A stretch of DNA of 63,583 nucleotides, filler included, from Octopus bimaculoides (GCF_001194135.2; 6 parts of 4 records of this genome joined end to end with filler, not necessarily neighbours in it); one strand, 5' to 3'. Shown: positions 13,031 to 25,158, numbered from the whole stretch's first letter. Numbers and translations: made by a program. The notes: a model not told the origin generated them from the letters alone.

Positions 13031-15079
13031 ATCGTTAAATATGTTTAAATATTTTAATGTCGCATACCACAGGACAATATTTAGCAAATAACCACCAATT
13101 TGCTCCTACCGAAGACCCCCTTTCATTCACATGTTTTCAGCTAGTCTCCACGCACAATCTGACATGGAATTTTTAGCATTTCTGTATAGTTGAACCATTG
13201 ATTGACAAAAAGCTATCGCTTTCTAATGTAATGTGTTATTAGAAATACATGAAACATGCAGTAGTTTTTATTATAGCGCAAGCGCAAATGCCAGTGTCAA
13301 ATTTTATTGATATACGCCAACACATATATTCACACAATATATACAGGCATTTATACACATGTATTGACATGCATTTCCGTGGTGCTCTTGCGTTCATAAT
13401 TGAGTTCTGCCTGCGTGTGTATATATATGTATCTAGACCCACACACGCACACATACACACATATATATGTACACACATATTGAGAGAGGTGAGATATATA
13501 TGTATACATATATATGTTTGTATATATATATGGATAGATATATTTATGTGTATATATATATATGTGTGTGTACATACATATACTGAGAGAGGAGAGGAGA
13601 GAGGAGAGGAGAGAGGAAAGGAGCGAGGAAGGTATGCATATATATATATAAGTATAGATATATTTAAGCTTATATGTGTGTACATGTGTGTATCTGTGTA
13701 TGTATGTTTGTGTGTCTGCGTGTGTGTGGATTTTTCTGTACCTATGTTCGTGTGTGTATATATTTGCGCATGTAGACGTGTGTGTATGCGAGTTTTTGTA
13801 TGAGTTTGTGTGTGTGTGTGCGTTTTGGGGGATGCTTATTCCCCCACCCCCACCCCCATATGAGTAGGATCGGCGAAAATCCCGTCATTTCTCCATACAA
13901 AAGTAAATATACGTATATCAGCTGCTCTGATTGAATTGAAAATAAAATCTAAATCAGTCGATGGCTTGTTCGATATAATTCTATGCTATCTTGTGTGAAA
14001 TGGAACGATAAATAGAATCATTCACTTAGCGAAATCATGGTGGATGATAAATGAGTGGTGTGGCCTACGACAACTCACTGAAAAAAAAAAATCACCTACA
14101 NNNNNNNNNNNNNNNNNNNNNNNNNNNNNNNNNNNNNNNNNNNNNNNNNNNNNNNNNNNNNNNNNNNNNNNNNNNNNNNNNNNNNNNNNNNNNNNNNNNN
14201 NNNNNNNNNNNNNNNNNNNNNNNNNNNNNNNNNNNNNNNNNNNNNNNNNNNNNNNNNNNNNNNNNNNNNNNNNNNNNNNNNNNNNNNNNNNNNNNNNNNN
14301 NNNNNNNNNNNNNNNNNNNNNNNNNNNNNNNNNNNNNNNNNNNNNNNNNNNNNNNNNNNNNNNNNNNNNNNNNNNNNNNNNNNNNNNNNNNNNNNNNNNN
14401 NNNNNNNNNNNNNNNNNNNNNNNNNNNNNNNNNNNNNNNNNNNNNNNNNNNNNNNNNNNNNNNNNNNNNNNNNNNNNNNNNNNNNNNNNNNNNNNNNNNN
14501 NNNNNNNNNNNNNNNNNNNNNNNNNNNNNNNNNNNNNNNNNNNNNNNNNNNNNNNNNNNNNNNNNNNNNNNNNNNNNNNNNNNNNNNNNNNNNNNNNNNN
14601 NNNNNNNNNNNNNNNNNNNNNNNNNNNNNNNNNNNNNNNNNNNNNNNNNNNNNNNNNNNNNNNNNNNNNNNNNNNNNNNNNNNNNNNNNNNNNNNNNNNN
14701 NNNNNNNNNNNNNNNNNNNNNNNNNNNNNNNNNNNNNNNNNNNNNNNNNNNNNNNNNNNNNNNNNNNNNNNNNNNNNNNNNNNNNNNNNNNNNNNNNNNN
14801 NNNNNNNNNNNNNNNNNNNNNNNNNNNNNNNNNNNNNNNNNNNNNNNNNNNNNNCTATGTACGTATATGTGGAGAGGGAAAGGTGAGGAAGATACAAAGA
14901 CAGTAATAGGGAGAGACAGAAGATGGTGATAGAAAGAGATGAAGAGAGAAAGTGTGCGGGTGGAATGATGGGTGAGAGAAATTGAAGGAATAACTGCAAA
15001 AATAATTATATGTGTGGGTGAGTATGGAGGATGCAAGAAGAAAATGTGTCACAATGTAGTTAACGAGAGGGGAAAAACA

Positions 15080-15080
15080 A

Positions 15081-15135
<55 letters not shown>

Positions 15136-15890
15136 AGGTTTTGCTTTAGGATATTGGGATTGTACAGAGAAAGGAGGAAGAGTAAGAATAGTGATAGTTA
15201 AAACAAATATCAGAGAGAGAGACAGACTGATAGACAGAGGAAAAGAGAGAGAGAGAGAGGGGGGAAGAGAGAGGGAAAAGAGAGAGAGAGAGAGAGAGGA
15301 AAAGAGAGAGGGAAAAGATAGGGAGGAAAAGAGAGAGGGAAAATGAGAGGGGGATAAGAGAGAGATAGGAAAAGAGAGAGAGAGAAAAGGAGAAAGAGAG
15401 GAAAGGAGAGTGAGAGAGAGGAAAAGGGAGAGAGAGAGAGGGAAAAAAGAGAAAGAGACAGAGGAAAAAGAGCGAGAGAGAGGAAAAGAGAGAGATAGGA
15501 AAAGAGGGAGAGAGAGAGGAAGAGAAAGAGGAAGAGGAGGAGGAGAGAGGTAAAAGACAGGAAGAGAAAGAGAAAGAGGAGGAGGAGAGAGGTAAAAGCC
15601 AGGAAGAGAGGAAGAGAGTGGAAAGAGAGAGAGAGAGAGGTAGACAAAAAGAGAGAATGGGGACGAAAAGACAGAGAGGGAAGGAGAGAAAGGAAGTAAA
15701 GTACGAAAGAAAATAAGAGAGCTTGAGAATTGTATCAGGAGAACGATAGAAGAAATGGAACAGGTAAAGGAGAAAATTAGAAGAAAGAAAAGAAACATGA
15801 CTGAAAGAAAAGTGAAAGTAGAGACAACGGTAGAGAGAGATAGAGAGAGAGGGAGAGGGAGAGCGAGGGCAAGTGTGTGTGAGAGAGAGA
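15080..15890. repeat. (GA)n-derived polypurine low-complexity tract
   Basis: Nearly pure A/G on + strand with recurring gaaaagagag units. Confidence 0.95.
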
Positions 15891-15903
15891 GGGCAAGAGT
15901 AAA

Positions 15904-15924
15904 GGGTTAGGGTTAGGGTTAGGG
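15904..15924 (+). repeat. Interstitial telomere-like repeat GGG(TTAGGG)3
   Basis: gggttagggttagggttaggg seen directly. Confidence 0.85.
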
Positions 15925-16147
15925 AAACGATGAGTTCAAACAAATGAAACGTCTCTTTCCAAACTCTAAATTCTAGTAAATTCTGCAAATATAGAGAAAC
16001 GGTCACATAGAATTTGGAGTTGTGGGGAGGCGTAGAATCATTTCTTCTTAACNNNNNNNNNNNNNNNNNNNNNNNNNNNNNNNNNNNNNNNNNNNNNNNN
16101 NNNNNNNNNNNNNNNNNNNNNNNNNNNNNNNNNNNNNNNNNNNNNNN

Positions 16148-16182
<35 letters not shown>

Positions 16183-16282
16183 CATACATACACATACATT
16201 TATATATGCATAAATTTATGTATATATATATGCACAAATATATACCCATATAAGCGTGTATGTGTCCGTGTGTGTATATGTA

Positions 16283-16995
16283 TCAACAGAAAGCTGTGGA
16301 TTGTTTATGGAGATGACACCATAAACAGGAGCAATATCCGCAGATAATAGATGAATAAGTTCGAAGACAGGCAACGAGCATTGATGTCAAAACATCCCAG
16401 TGGAAGCCCATCAGCTGCAATCTCTGATACGAAATCCTACCGTGTGGACTGATTGATTTGCTCAAACAGAAGGATTATAACCCGTGAACTTCGTGCACAA
16501 TGGGACTGTGGTCATAATGCTCCATATAACATGCTAGAAGACTTTCGTTGTCCGACTGTTCTGATCGGCTGGAAGCGTTTGAAGCCAATGATGACACGAT
16601 ATTACCATTCAGGTGACGTGTGGAAATGTGGGCTCAGTCCATGGAATGACATTACACCTCGTTTCCATGAACGCCAAATGGTCAAAGACAGGTGATCGGA
16701 ACAGTAAGTTATGATAAATATTTTGCTAGGGGATGACAAAATTAGGCAAAAGCAAATTGGTCTGCTCAGTTGTCACCCATCCATTGTACAGCCAGATTTA
16801 GTGGCCTCTGACTTCTACTTCTTCGACCCACTGAACGGCTGTATTCGGGGACAACAATTTCATGACGTAGACGAAGTAAAAGTGGCTGTGAAGAAATGGA
16901 TGCAACAATGCACGCCTAAAATGTTTCAAAGTAGATTCAAAAGTTGTGTCCAGCGATAACGTAAAAGCACCGCTTCTGACGGAGATTATGTTCAA
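16283..16995 (+). mobile_element. Mariner transposase relic, internally deleted
   Basis: N-terminal INRKLWIVYGDDTINRSNIRR (HTH-like); C-terminal PDLVASDFYFFDPL..IRGQQFHDVDEVKVAVKKW...DGDYVQ matches the mariner YSPDLAPSD region; many stops. Confidence 0.85.
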
Positions 16996-17053
16996 TAGTA
17001 TCTTTGCATTGAGGTAAAGTTATTCTACAAACTCGCACTTGTCGTGTGTGTGT

Positions 17054-17133
<80 letters not shown>

Positions 17134-17742
17134 GCGTGCGTGTGCGTGCGCGCGTGCGTGATGTGTGTATAGAGAGTTATATATGCTCTTGAAACCGAGA
17201 ATTTGATCTTAGGGAGACAGTATTTACATATCGCCTGAGGAAACACAACTAGATCTCATTGTGCAGGCAAACGGTGCATAATCAAGTACCTGCATTCCTG
17301 GAGAACTATGTTGCGTAGAAACGATTGCAGTGATTGAAAATAAGTGTCCAACCGTATTCCCTCCCGTTGACTTCAGTTTTTTTCAATTATCTATTCACAC
17401 ATGACAGAAACCCAAACGCAAACCTAGAAGTACGTATAATACTACCACTGGATAGCTCAGGGCGCAAACCTGAAGGCGAACGGGCTTTACACTGTACTCT
17501 ATATATAAGGGTGGGGTAAAAAGATTATAGGGTGACTATGAAGGAGTGATAGTAGACTTGAAATCTTGCCTGCATTCATTTCAATTTTTACAAATAATTG
17601 CATGGTTTCTTTCCAGGTAAACTAACACCTGACTGATCAAACACCCAGAAAACTGACGAAAGTGACCTTGTACCGTCAAGACAATGCTTCAGCACCAAGT
17701 CCTTGGTTTCTATGGCTTCTGCACGTTACTGTCTTTGAACTG

Positions 17743-18327
17743 ATTGCTCACACTACTTTTTTCCTGATTTGTTCTCGACTTTTTTTCAGCCGATCTGTCA
17801 GAGCCATTTTTGTTCCTGATTCTCTCAGCTTCCCTTGCATCTGTAGGNNNNNNNNNNNNNNNNNNNNNNNNNNNNNNNNNNNNNNNNNNNNNNNNNNNNN
17901 NNNNNNNNNNNNNNNNNNNNNNNNNNNNNNNNNNNNNNNNNNNNNNNNNNNNNNNNNNNNNNNNNNNNNNNNNNNNNNNNNNNNNNNNNNNNNNNNNNNN
18001 NNNNNNNNNNNNNNNNNNNNNNNNNNNNNNNNNNNNNNNNNNNNNNNNNNNNNNNNNNNNNNNNNNNNNNNNNNNNNNNNNNNNNNNNNNNNNNNNNNNN
18101 NNNNNNNNNNNNNNNNNNNNNNNNNNNNNNNNNNNNNNNNNNNNNNNNNNNNNNNNNNNNNNNNNNNNNNNNNNNNNNNNNNNNNNNNNNNNNNNNNNNN
18201 NNNNNNNNNNNNNNNNNNNNNNATTGCTCACACTACTTTTTTCCTGATTTGTTCTCGACTTTTTTTCAGCCGATCTGTCAGAGCCATTTTTGTTCCTGAT
18301 TCTCTCAGCTTCCCTTGCATCTGTAGG
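17743..18327. other. 105-bp exact direct duplication either side of an N gap (probable contig-overlap artefact)
   Basis: 17743-17847 is identical to 18223-18327 and both abut the gap. Confidence 0.8.
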
Positions 18328-18329
18328 AA

Positions 18330-19050
18330 GGGGTATTTCGAATATTATCACTCAACATATTGTAGAAATGTGTCTCCAACTTGACCTCCCGAGCATATCA
18401 AGTCTTCATGACCATCATGGCTCATTGGCACTTTATTTTCCGCATCTTTTATCTCCAAGAATTTCTACAATAACAAAGACTGCACTATGTATGAAGTTAT
18501 CTACGTTTGATATATTTTCATCTTTGATTTTTTTTCCCTAATAGTTTATCCAGTATATTTACTGCTTTTCGAATTTCTCACTTTCAATTACTCTCACAGG
18601 TATTAATCTCCTTCTCTCCCTATTTCGTCTCATTTAAACGTTGATTTCTCTTATGTAATATCCTTTGCCTTCAAGAACTAAAACATATTTTCAATCTCAC
18701 AAATACTTCTTTCCTCCTGGTGATTCATTGATCTTTCTGCTATTCCATGTTCAATTACCTTTTCTATGTAGCCATATTCTTCATCTTTCACTGTTCTGAC
18801 GATCTCTTCCAGCTTCAACTAGGATAGCATTTGTTTTCTTCATCATTTGACATTTTTGATCTAAGAGTCTTTGTTCTGTAACATGGAACATGTCTCTCTA
18901 TCCATATTTTATATATACTTCTGTATATTCTCTATCCTATTTTGCCAAACTTGCTCCTGTTGTAGTATTCCAAAATAATTATGTTGTCAGTTTCAAACTA
19001 CCTTCTCCTAATCCTAACACCAGTAGTTAAATAGTGACAAGGGACATTCT
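18330..19050 (-). mobile_element. Highly decayed non-LTR retrotransposon fragment, possibly R4/Dong-like N-terminal region
   Basis: Interrupted translation ..NVDNFIHSAVFVIVEILG..EP*WS*RL resembles the pre-RT region of R4-type elements (from memory, weak). Confidence 0.35.
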
Positions 19051-19242
19051 GCAAAACATTTAATGTTCAAGACCCCTACATCCAAGGATTCGAGGGTCCG
19101 GTTTCACTCGCCCAGTTGTAATATAATATTTTACTTTAAATATCTCTCATAAAGTGGATAAAGTAACATCATCACTTCTGTATCTATCGAGACACCAGTC
19201 TGTCTCCCCAAAGTTTACCTCGATACATTGTAGTCTACGAGC

Positions 19243-19560
<318 letters not shown>

Positions 19561-19569
19561 CACAGCTTC

Positions 19570-19960
19570 TAATGATGGAGATGTATTACGGTATCAGTTG
19601 TTCACTACTGTTAACTAAAGTAACACCCCTTATTTCTCGAGCACCATCCGGAGTATTCGAGCGACTCCAAGCAGTGTTTCAACATCTCTATGAAATTGTC
19701 CATTCATTCTTTTCTTTATCCACCTATTTTCAGTTTTATTCATTCTCAAGTCCTTGTACAGTGCTTTATCTTTGCAATCTTCCATCCTACACAAGCCTGA
19801 CCTTCTTACTTCCAATAATAGGGGTTCTGTAGCTTTCTTTTACATACAGAGCTATGTTGTTTTCTTCTGCTGTAATGCTATGTTCGCATCCAGTCAGTCC
19901 CCTTCCCCCTCTTTTTCTTGGTACATACAGTCTTCTGTGTCACTTTTTGAGTAGTCAGCA
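19570..19960 (-). mobile_element. R4/Dong-like LINE fragment (post-RT region)
   Basis: Translation ..KATEPLLLEVRRSGLCRMEDCKDKALYKDLRMNKTENRWIKKRMNGQFHRDVE, similar to the W..K..HGQF motif of R4-clade elements; clade is inference. Confidence 0.55.
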
Positions 19961-20224
19961 ACTTCCTTGTCTTTCTGTCTAAGCTGTTTAGTTCGTCTAC
20001 TGCCCATGCGATTACCCCTGCTAGAAATTTCCTGTTCATGGCAAAATGCTGACAAGTTATCTTTAATCCTTTGCCTGTCTAAAGAATTTCAACAAGTTTG
20101 TCCTAAACGTTCATACTTGTTTCCAAACTCAGCCCTTGTTTCATACGTTCAGAGCAACACAAAGCTTTCCTTTCATAAGTCCCAAGTTACTCTGATTCTT
20201 TTTAATGATGTCTCGCTCCCCGCA

Positions 20225-20435
20225 GCCCATCCTGGTTTGGAGGGCAGGTCAACATTGTGTCTGGATAGAGGACCACTCAGTCGCATCGCAGCGTTACCCG
20301 TTTACAGATGAGTGAATTGAAGCAGCGGGAAATGAAGTTTTTTCTTCAAGAACAAAATGCTGCGCCGGTCTGGAATCAGAACCAGGAGCTTACGATCGTT
20401 TGTGCAACAACCTAACCTCTAGGTCATGTGCCTTC

Positions 20436-20437
<2 letters not shown>
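20225..20437 (-). mobile_element. Degenerate SINE, family D
   Basis: Homologous to 54205-54395 head and core. Confidence 0.6.
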
Positions 20438-20480
<43 letters not shown>

Positions 20481-20540
20481 NNNNNNNNNNNNNNNCTCTA
20501 TCTCTCTTTCTCTCTTTCTCGCTATATATATATAAATATA

Positions 20541-21387
20541 AATAAATTCAAAAAAGGATAAAACTTTTTTACAAGAATTTTATCAGGAAGCCAGTGTGTA
20601 AAAAAATTCATAAGGGAAATTTCTATTCCCAAGAATATAATTATTCGTTTATATTTATATAAGGGGCATTACTGCAGAATAATGCCACACACTGGCCTTC
20701 CCAAAATACGCACATTGAGTACCGAATGCGAGGAAAACAACCAACAGAAGAAGATACATAGTTGAGTTATTTAAAAGAAAGTTGGTCTTCTTCTGTTGGT
20801 TGTTTTCCTCGCATTCGGTACTAAATGTGTGTATTTTGGGAAGTCCAGTGTGTGGCATTATTCTGTAGTAATGCCCCTTATATAAATATAAACGAATAAT
20901 TATATTCTTGGGAATAGAAATTTCCCTTATGAATTTTTTTACACACTGGCTTCCTGATAAAATTCTTGTAAAATATTTTTATCCTTTTTTGAATTTATTA
21001 ATCAAATGTATACACGGAATATATTCAATGCTGAACTTTTTATTCCTGTCTACACACGTGTACCCAAAAAACAACCCGGAAGTACTCCCGCTTCTTTGAT
21101 GAAGATATATACAGATAAACTTCATTCCCTTTGCTTTGTCGGATACGTAGAGGTGAGGTGAGAATTCTGTTTATTTATATATGTTTTTCTGAACAATACT
21201 ATGCTGATGAGCGAAATCTAGATTCATTCTAGTAATCGCGAAATCGGTCGATACATAGTTGAGTTATTTAAAAGAAAGTTGGTCTTCTTCTGTTGGTTGT
21301 TTTCCTCGCATTCGGTACTAAATGTGTGTATTTTGGGAAGTCCAGTGTGTGGCATTATTTTGCTGTAATGCCCCTTATATAAATATA
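20541..21387 (+). mobile_element. Non-autonomous hammerhead-bearing retroelement (retrozyme / PLE pLTR-like): inverted arm + 497-nt unit + partial repeat
   Basis: 20541-20754 is the near-exact reverse complement of 20786-20999; 20753-20890 is repeated at 21250-21387; contains the hammerhead at 21198-21259; flanked by TA-rich runs; no credible ORF. Confidence 0.8.
21198..21259 (+). ncRNA. Type I hammerhead ribozyme, apparently intact core
   Basis: actatg-CTGATGA-gcga[aatctagattcattctagtaa]tcgc-GAAA-tcg(gt)cga-TA/catagt: stem I 6 bp, stem II 4+ bp, short stem III, AUA cleavage triplet, predicted cut between 21253 and 21254. Confidence 0.85.
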
Positions 21388-21399
21388 TTTACATATATA

Positions 21400-21672
21400 T
21401 ACGAGGTGCAGTGAATAAATTATCGTCTAAATTACGCAAAAATGAAAATAACACTGACATCTCATTTTAACAGATATATTTGCCAAAATTACATAAAGAT
21501 ATCTTGAAATGCTAACAAGTAAATCTATTCAATAAAATTGCCATTGGCTTCAACCACGGTCTCCAGACGACTTCGGAATCTCCTGCAACTCTTCTGGATG
21601 GTCTCCTTATTTAAATTGGTGAATGCTGCCATAATCCTTGCTTTCACTTCATCTTTGGTCTTACAAGGAGTT
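21400..21672 (-). mobile_element. 3' end of a Tc1/mariner element (transposase C-terminus and TA-flanked terminus)
   Basis: Minus-strand INKTPCKTKDEVKARIMAAFTNLNKETIQKSCRRFRSRLETVVEANGNFIE*, ending at TA-CGAGGTG. Confidence 0.75.
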
Positions 21673-21689
21673 TTGTTGATCCCTCGTTT

Positions 21690-21890
21690 CACTGCGCTAG
21701 CCACTAAACCTTCTTTTTATTTTCTCTCCCTGTTTATTTCAGTGTTCCTTTCGGTCGACGAGCGTAGACTCGAAACGTAAAAGACTTTCTCACTTCCCGA
21801 GCGTTAAACTAATACATCTGTTTGTTGTTTACACACCCGTCTTTGTCTTTTGTTTTTCTTTTTTTGTAAATTCTCACTATATATATATAT
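21690..21890 (+). mobile_element. Dispersed repeat containing a minimal hammerhead-like motif (21748-21783)
   Basis: cttt-cgg-TCGACGA-gcgtagactc-GAAAC-GTA-aaag; the downstream part recurs inverted at 56517-56588. Confidence 0.5.
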
Positions 21891-22668
21891 ATATATATNN
21901 NNNNNNNNNNNNNNNNNNNNNNNNNNNNNNNNNNNNNNNNNNNNNNNNNNNNNNNNNNNNNNNNNNNNNNNNNNNNNNNNNNNNNNNNNNNNNNNNNNNN
22001 NNNNNNNNNNNNNNNNNNNNNNNNNNNNNNNNNNNNNNNNNNNNNNNNNNNNNNNNNNNNNNNNNNNNNNNNTATATACATATATATATATATATATATA
22101 CATACATATATTTGTGCCGCACCACCCACAGCTTGACAACCAGTGTTGATTCGATTATGTTCCCGTAAGTGAGCATGTTTCGCAAAAAAGGGCCACTTCA
22201 CTATGGCCCAGTCTTCAAAACATAAATATTTGGGGTGTTTTTTTTTTCGACTAAATCCTTCAAGGCGGTACCCCAGCATGGCCACATTGTTGAATGACTG
22301 ATATGAGTTAAAGATAAGAGCTATCATAATAACGTTTATCATTCGAGAGACGCTTGAAGGTCTTTGTATGTGAATAACGTCACTTATAATGAATCGGCAA
22401 GAGGTTTTTGAACTTTTGTGTGCGTTTCTTTCTATATCAACTGATTACAGCAGTGTTTTAGCTGATGCCAGACATATTGTTTTCTATCTTTTACTCTTTC
22501 TTCATCTTGTGTCTCAGTCTCCATCTACCTAGCTAGCTAGCTATTTATGTACCTTTCTGTTTGTCTATCTGTCTGTCTGCCTGTCTGACTTTCTGATATT
22601 CTTTTTTTTTTTCATTCTTTCTTTATTTCCTTCTATCTATCTATCTATCTATCTATCAATTGATTAGT

Positions 22669-22700
<32 letters not shown>

Positions 22701-22751
22701 TTATTTATCTATATATCTATTTATCTATCCATCTATTCGTTCATTTATCTG

Positions 22752-22817
<66 letters not shown>

Positions 22818-23699
22818 GAATGTCGAGGGACCAAAAGAAAAAAAAGCAATTCTTCTCCACTTCTTTTTCAATTTCACTGTCAGATTCTAATTTTTTAAAA
22901 ATATTAAATTAGAAGCGGAATTCAGTTTTAATTAAACTAATCAAATTTTGTATGGCTTTATAATCAATTAAAACCTCATATTTTCCATTTTTATACATCG
23001 TACTCTTTATTTGTTCTCTCAGTATCTCATAACTGTCACATTTTAAGACATGTTGGAGTTGATGTCGCCAAACATAAATGATAAAATACATTATTAGTTC
23101 TCCAATATTCATACCTGATATTGTTAAATACATAAAGTGTAAGTCGTTTTGTCAAGAACAAATTTGTGCATTTTAAAACAAGCAATAATTCAGGTTGAAA
23201 ACCTAATTCAAGGTTCCATTCTTCAATTGGTATGTCTACCCTAGAGACATTTTTCTTCAAAATTCCTTCTTTACTCCAGGTCATTGATTGATGACAATAC
23301 TTACTCCAATGCCATGCGAAAGAAAGTTGCTTTGAGTATTAAACAAATGTATTTACTGAATGAACGTGCCAATAATATCAAGTGAATTGAATCTCATTCA
23401 ACAACACTGGCTTCGCAAATATTTTATTGAGTAGTGAATTGCTGAATCAGTAAATCTTTACTATTTAAGTACTGAAATCGAATCTCCAGAGGGCGACTCT
23501 AGCTTTCATTCTTTGTAATGAAAGGAAAAATCATATATTAATAAACCTGTTAAATATTGGGTTCAATTTAATCGATTGCGCCAATCCTCAAAATGTATGA
23601 CCTTGATCCAAAACAGGGTATTCGGGATAGATTTGACATTTTGCTTAAAAGAAACAGAAAACACAATATCCCATTCAAAGTTGAAGTAGTTTGAAAAAT

Positions 23700-24420
23700 C
23701 AAAAACTACCAACTAGATTACGGCTGGGAGATAACAGTTTACACAAAGAAGCCAGCCTCCTGCGTCCAGCCATGGCCTCAAGATGGCTCCAGAACCTGGC
23801 GCATGCCTTCCTCACTGTGTCCCTGGGAAGATCTTTGAACATCTCCTTATTCTTGATCACCAGCTCAGCCTTGGTACTGCAGGCAGAGTGGTTGATATCT
23901 TTCTCAACCACGCCCCACACCTGAGATTACAAGGAATTAGAAGGACAGAAATTAGGGCTGGTAAAGTAGAAATTCTTTGTCAGCCATTTCTGAATCTTTC
24001 CGGAGGTCTAGCAACGAACAAATCGTGCTACCGCATATGTGGCCTCTCCAGCAGCACTCCTCCTCTCCCAGAGCTTGACTACAGTATCCAACACCTTCAC
24101 ATGGCCGTTTGAATTGAGCCTAAGGCCCTGTTTAAAGATGTGGGGCGGTATGACGTTACCCTCACTGGAGACATACCCAAAGACCATCACAGTTTAGGGG
24201 AACTTAGTTCCATGATGTCGAAATCATATCTTACAATTTTATAGTGTTCTCAGAGCATGGTGTATGTCGGCATTTTAATACCCGGCACGAGCCATGATGC
24301 TATAGGTAACACTTTTCCAGCGTTCGGATGGCTTCAAGTCCTCCATGTCATCTAACATATCCAAATATAAGTTTAATCTTTATGCTCTCCAACGTCATTG
24401 ACTGAACATAAATACTTCAA
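23700..24420 (-). mobile_element. DD37D (maT)-type Tc1/mariner transposase relic
   Basis: MMVFGYVSSEGNVIPPHIFKQGLRLNS and WGVVEKDINHSACSTKAEL..ACARFWSHLEA; N-terminus MEDLKPSERWKSVTYSIMARAGY; subfamily is inference. Confidence 0.8.
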
Positions 24421-24765
24421 GCTGTTCCTGAAAAGAGGGAGGATATAAAGGATATTCCAATTTAATCCGAACATCTTGTATTTAATCCTCTATGCCATTC
24501 TCCAAATTACGTGACCTTGAATTTCTGTTTAAGTACCTGCTCCAGCCTAAGGTGACTTAGAACTTATTGAGCTTGAACAAAACGTTTTTTCACAATTTAG
24601 TGAACACCTTTTCACTCTGAATCCAATTTCCAATGAGTTTGATTTTGTTAAGGTTTTATCTAGATATCCTATAGAAATTATACCCAGCACTGATTTCTTC
24701 AACGATGTTTTGTATCCGAGACGTCAGACGTAAACAAACAATGAGATCGAAAAGGAAAAAGTGTA

Positions 24766-24821
24766 ATGGGCGTATATGCCATACTTCGGGAGTTTTTGCC
24801 CCTCCTTTCATCAGCACTCAT
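24766..24821 (-). ncRNA. Near-canonical type I hammerhead-like motif
   Basis: atgagtg-CTGATGA-aaggag[gggcaaaaa]ctccc-GAAG-tat(ggc)ata-TA/cgcccat; A15.1 is G, one mismatch each in stems I and II. Confidence 0.55.
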
Positions 24822-24944
24822 AAAACCCATTAACAATCCACGAACGCATTACTTAAATAGCCACTAAATATAGATATGTAACGTTATTGAATATATCAAC
24901 TTAACATATTAAACACATTCCTGTAAGCTGGTACGTAGATATTC

Positions 24945-25158
24945 TTTTCTACTCTAGGCACAAGGCCCGCAATTTTTGAGGAAGGGTCCACTCGATTAGA
25001 TCGATCTCAGTACGGAACTGGTACTTAATTTATCGATTCCAAAAGGATGAAAGGCAAAGTCAACTTCGGCGGAATTTGAACTCAGACCGTAAAGACAGAC
25101 GAAATACCGCTAAACATTTCGCCCGGCGTGCTAACGTTTATGCCAGCTCGCCGCCTTC
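24945..25158 (-). mobile_element. Full-length family B SINE (CpGs retained); a second partial + copy at ~25400-25560
   Basis: Reverse complement of the 62683-62900 copy. Confidence 0.9.

Noticed and set aside
17605-17622. Recursive splice site-like motif tttctttccag/GTAAAC
   Set aside because: Weak donor and no transcript evidence; expected by chance in 63 kb
17743-18327. Biological tandem duplication
   Set aside because: Exact duplicate touching both sides of a gap; best explained by unmerged overlapping contigs
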